64,000 nt of DNA. Origin: Malacoraja senta. Its lineage: Eukaryota. The position numbers and the translations under genes were made by a program. Positions 59,760-64,000 of this stretch are shown here, piece by piece; position 1 is the stretch's first letter; each line of letters opens with the position of its first letter. The notes below the pieces were generated by a model. That model saw nothing but the letters and a program-made list of their open reading frames with translations, had not been told where the DNA came from and did no database searches. The DNA is taken from positions 6,138,001-6,202,000 of the forward strand of contig CM075990.1 in assembly GCA_038087875.1 (NCBI GenBank). Direction: 5' to 3'.

Positions 59760-60232
59760 GGTGGCTGCCTCGCCAACAGTCTGTCTGTCTGTCCCTTCCT
59801 TTGTTGTTTTCCTGGTATGTGTTAAATGTATGTTTTAGTGTTCTTTAGCTTGTTTTATGTGTTGGGGGGGGGGGGGGGGTGTTGGGGAAACTTTTTTAAA
59901 TCTCTTACCTCGACGGAGATGCGATTTTTTACCTGTATCGTATCTCCGTCTGCACTGCGGCCTAACATCGAGGACTTGGCTGGAGACCGACTTCAGGAGC
60001 TGCGCGGGAGCCTGCGGACTTACCATCGTGGAGCTCGGGGTCCATGGTTAGAGATCGACTTCGGGAGCTCCAAGCTCCATCACAGTGAGGAATGCGGGGA
60101 ATACGCCTGGATGTTTATGTTAACTTTTATGTAGTTGTGTGTTTAGTGGCTTTTTCTTTTAAAATGGCTGTATGGTAATTCGAGTTTCACTGTACCTTAA
60201 TTGGTACATGTGACAATAAACTGACCGTTGAA
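59760..60232 (+). mobile_element. GC-rich SINE-like element, divergent relative of 2893-3653, with a Rex-type tail
   Basis: Shared CAGYCTGTCTGTCT, G-run, hairpin and GGACTTACCATCG; tail TGTACC..GGTACA.GTGACAATAAA. Confidence 0.6.
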
Positions 60233-60794
60233 CCTTTTTTTAGGAAAGAATTGCAGTGACCTCTTCAGTTCTTCCAACATTTTCTGTCATTGTAAATGCC
60301 TAATCTCTTATCCTAAAATCTAGGAGCATGTCTAAGGAGCATTTATCTTAGGACATATTCTTGTACCATCACGGCACTATTTCCAGACGAAGCAATTCTT
60401 TCCTAAAGAGAGCATAACTGACACACATAATTCAGCTGTAGTCTCATCAGAACCCTGTGCAACAGCAATAAGACATCCTTACTCCTGTACTCTAACACTT
60501 GTGATGAAGGCCAACCACATCATTCAGGTTTCTCGCTGTGCCTTCATACCAACTTCTTGTATTATGATAACAATTTGTGACCCTTTTGCACTGGCCCAGT
60601 ATCATACCTCATTCCGACTGTCTAACAGAATCTAATGATTACTTTCTACAGGAATATAAAACTGATAAAATCAGTGCAGAAGAGTTAAAATATTAATGGA
60701 ACCATTTCTTTTGTTTCACCAGCCAGATGCTGGAAGACCATCAGTCAGTCAAAGTGGGCATAACTAGGAGTTTCAGTTTTAAAAATATTCTTAC

Positions 60795-60883
60795 AGTTTA
60801 TTAATGGAAGAGTTTGGCAAAAGCCCGACATAAAGCTTTAATTTCAGGTTGTGTGCTACTGGCAAGGGCAACATTCATCTCTC
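60795..60883 (-). other. Candidate alternative or poison exon in the last PAQR3-like intron (GEMNVALASSTQPEIKALCRAFAKLFH*)
   Basis: ~160-nt pyrimidine tract, cactag acceptor, phase-1 frame open to TAA, gtaaga donor. Confidence 0.4.
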
Positions 60884-62287
60884 CTAGTGAGGAAATGGAG
60901 AGGGTGAAAGAAGAGAGCACAAGCAGTGAAGCATCAATGGGACAGCTTGAATCAGGATGTGCAAAATGGAAAGCAAATGGGACAGAATGGATGAGAATAA
61001 AAGAAAAACCGAAAAAGAAAAAATAGGTAGGGGGGAAGAGGAATAAAATCACCTTGCATCATCTTAAAGTGCACTGCAGTTAATTCAGCACTTCTGAATT
61101 ATGGTCACTATTTTAGCCAACTTGCATACATTCCCAGGAAGGGGAATATGTTTTGATGCTTATTTCTGTAAAATACTGCAAAATTATATGCATTTGGTTT
61201 TAAAAAGTAGAATCATTATAGGGTGTATAAATAAATCTTTCCAATATAGTCTGTCTTACTTGCTTTCAATGGAGACAGATAATAGTTCAAGCATTAAATT
61301 AACTCGCAGCAGGTTAGGCAGGCAGTGAATTCTCTGGTGCCTCCCAGCCAGCACTATTCACTAGAAGTACCATGGCACAGTCAACTAGTACTGTGGTGCA
61401 AAACTGCTGAACAGGCACAGAAAATTACACCATTTCCATTGAACAACCAAAGCAAGATATCCCGTGCGAAAGGCAGCCTGTGATGGAGGAGAGACTGTGG
61501 GACCATTCTGGGAATACTGACTATCTTTATACAAAGTAATGCTGATCTGGGCTGTACTATGAGTACAAAATAAATTATTTTAATTGGGCATGAAGACGCA
61601 GAAGATGGAATGGCAATAATGTAAAAAAAATTATGCTCAAGGAGATACATGGGTTATGTGGTCAGGATTCAAGTTGTATTTGCAGTGATCCAGTCATTAT
61701 GGAGTAACAATGTAATAGAAAGGTGCCAAGGGAGCTGCAGTGGTAAATACTTACACGGGTATGTTCTAATCCTATTTTCACAATCATATTATTTCAATAA
61801 AAATATATGATTTTTGTTAATAAATTTCAATATTTCTTTTGCCCAAAATCTAAGTGTTTAGATATTCATTATGTGAACACAGGCAGTCTGCTGTCTGGAG
61901 AAAACAACTTGCATCTATATACTATCTTTACCAAATGAAAATGTCACATCTAGACTATCACCAAAAATGATCAGCAGTGTGCCAGCAAACTGTGGGATCA
62001 CACACAGCCACATATAGTGTGCAAGGGAGATATCACAAAATATAATAATGGAAAATTAAAGCAGTGTACCTTCAACAGCAATCTCTAAACACCTCAACCA
62101 ATTCTCAGAAAAATGATAGGAGCTAGAAAAGAAGTTTATTGGAGACAGATAATGAATACAGTTGCTGTGGGAAGAAGATAAATAGAAGTGAGAGGGAGAG
62201 TGAGGAAAGAGGAGGGATGGAAAGGAAAAAAGAGGAGGGATGAAAAGGAAAAAAAGAGTAGAGATATAGAGCATGAGAGGCTGGGAG

Positions 62288-62799
62288 GATACATAGATAC
62301 ATAGAAAATAGGTGCAGGAGTAGGCCATTCGGCCCTTCGAGCCTGCACCGCCATTCAATACGATCATGGCTGATCATCCAACTCAGTATCCCGTACCTGC
62401 CTTCTCTCCATACCCCCTGATCCCTTTAGCCACAAGGGCCACATCTAATTCCTTCTTAAATATAGCCAATGAACTGGCCTCAACTACCCTCTGTGGCAGA
62501 GAGTTCCAGAGATTCACCACTCTCTGTGTGAAAAAGTTTTTCCTCATCTCGGTCCTAAAGGATTTCCCCCTTATCCTTAAGCTGTGACCCCTTGTCCTGG
62601 ACTTCCCCAACATCGGGAACAATCTTCCTGCATCTAGCCTGTCCAACCCCATAAGAATCTTGTACGTTTCTATAAGATCCCCTCTCAATCTCCTAAATTC
62701 TAGCGAGTATAAGCCAAGTCTATCCAGTCTTTCTTCATATGAAAGTCCTGACATCCCAGGAATCAGTCTGGTGAACCTTCTCTGCACTCCCTCTATGGC
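62288..62799 (-). mobile_element. Young CR1 LINE 3' fragment
   Basis: AIEGVQRRFTRLIPGMSGLSYEERL...GEKAGTGY, near-identical to the 19988 copy. Confidence 0.92.
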
Positions 62800-62835
62800 T
62801 ATAATGGGAGAGAGAGAGAGAGACAAAAGACTTAC

Positions 62836-62926
62836 CAGGAAAGTACCTCTCGGGTACTTTACTGTAATAAAACAGAAATGCCAAACTTGCTAGAAGATAC
62901 ATAATACACACTCTTGGAGCAAACAC
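62836..62926 (-). CDS. PAQR3: PAQR3-like, penultimate coding exon (VFAPRVCIMYLLASLAFLFYYSKVPERYFPG)
   Basis: Minus strand ttttcctag|GTG...CCTG|gtaagt; 91 nt; TM6 and the PERYFPG motif of the PAQR/hemolysin-III family. Confidence 0.92.
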
Positions 62927-63036
62927 CTAGGAAAAAAAGTAAATTTACAAAGATGTGTAAATATTTATGATGTCTGGATCAACTTAACATTCATTCAACA
63001 TTTGAATATCATTGTTTTTAACCAGGGTCAACATAT

Positions 63037-63840
63037 ACATAAATGTTTGATTAATGCTAGACACAATTTAATTCAATTTAAAATATTACACAGATTATAT
63101 TATTCAAAAACTAGGTTGAATAAATTCTATTCAAATATTTCTCCCATCTGTGACAAATGTCTTTCTCAAAATGCCAATATCACACACTCTTTTGTTTCTT
63201 GCACAAAACGTCATAAATTTTGGTGTGATATATTTGATATATTTATTCACTAGTCTATTTAAGATTAAAATGGAACCTAATACTGAAATGATTATATTTG
63301 GAGTAATGGGAGACGGGAAAAAATTAAATATACCCCAAAATTCATTTTTTTATTATGGTTTAATAACAGCAAAAAAACATACTTAAATTTTGGAAAAATG
63401 CTACTATACCAACATTTAAAATGTGGACCAGTAATATGTTGGACACAGCCCACCTGGAAGAAATGAGACTCCTCCTACGAATTGGTCTCCATTTATTGAT
63501 TTTTTGGATTCATGTGGTGCAACAGTATCGTAAAAATTAAGTTTCAAGTATGGGTGAAAGATGATCAAGAATTTAAAAAAGCATCTCCTTGTGGCGAGTG
63601 GATAATCTCCCTCCTGCTTCACTTTCCTACTTATTTCTTTTCTTTACTAGCTCTTTTTCTCTCTATTCTTTTTCACACACACTAGACGTTCCTCTATTCT
63701 TTACTATCTCTTTCTTTTTTATCTCTCTTGAAAAAAAAAGGAAGTTGTACAGAGAATGTATTATGTTAACATAATTTTGGGAACCTGTAAAAAGGTACCA
63801 CTGTATTGTACTTACTTCTAATAAATAAAAAATAAATAAA
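63037..63840 (+). mobile_element. L1/Tx1-type LINE, 5'-truncated
   Basis: QFKILHRLY...CDKC...HSFVSC zinc knuckle; A-rich tail; exact 17-bp TSD AACCAGGGTCAACATAT at 63020 and 63841. Confidence 0.88.
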
Positions 63841-64000
63841 AACCAGGGTCAACATATTTAAGATCCAGCACGTCAGTAATGTAACCCATGTCCTTGAACA
63901 CATTTGATCCATAATGAATAAATGAGTGACACGAAATACCACTATTTCCCATCTGGTGACTAAAACTGATGTACAAAACACGACATGGAAGCCGAGTTTC

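Noticed and set aside
61755-61771. 17-nt minus-strand microexon with a gtaagt donor
   Set aside because: No pyrimidine tract, and it would shift the frame.

Overview
Vertebrate genomic DNA, most likely a cartilaginous fish (skate/ray-like, inferred from its repeat content of HE1-type V-SINEs, CR1, Rex/Babar and Penelope elements). The + strand carries all but the first coding exon of a Numb-associated kinase (NAK) gene. I traced 15 internal exons from 7850 to 49387, all GT-AG and phase-consistent. They are followed by two alternative phase-1 terminal exons: an AAK1-type end (49953-50047, ...[14 protein letters not shown]) and a BMP2K-type end (54014-55125, ...DDDPFSAAPFPKKGL*). The last two coding exons of a PAQR3-like gene lie convergently on the - strand (62836-62926 and 57940-58076), which is the human BMP2K-PAQR3 arrangement. 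The kinase mixes AAK1 and BMP2K features and may be a third vertebrate NAK ohnolog. The introns contain many nested transposons: Rex/Babar, CR1 and L1 LINEs, a PIF/Harbinger derivative, a Tc1/pogo-type foldback MITE, V-SINEs, a teleost-AFC-like CORE-SINE, and Penelope elements whose short derivatives carry minimal hammerhead-ribozyme cores. Comparisons with human proteins and known repeat families are from memory, not from a search.
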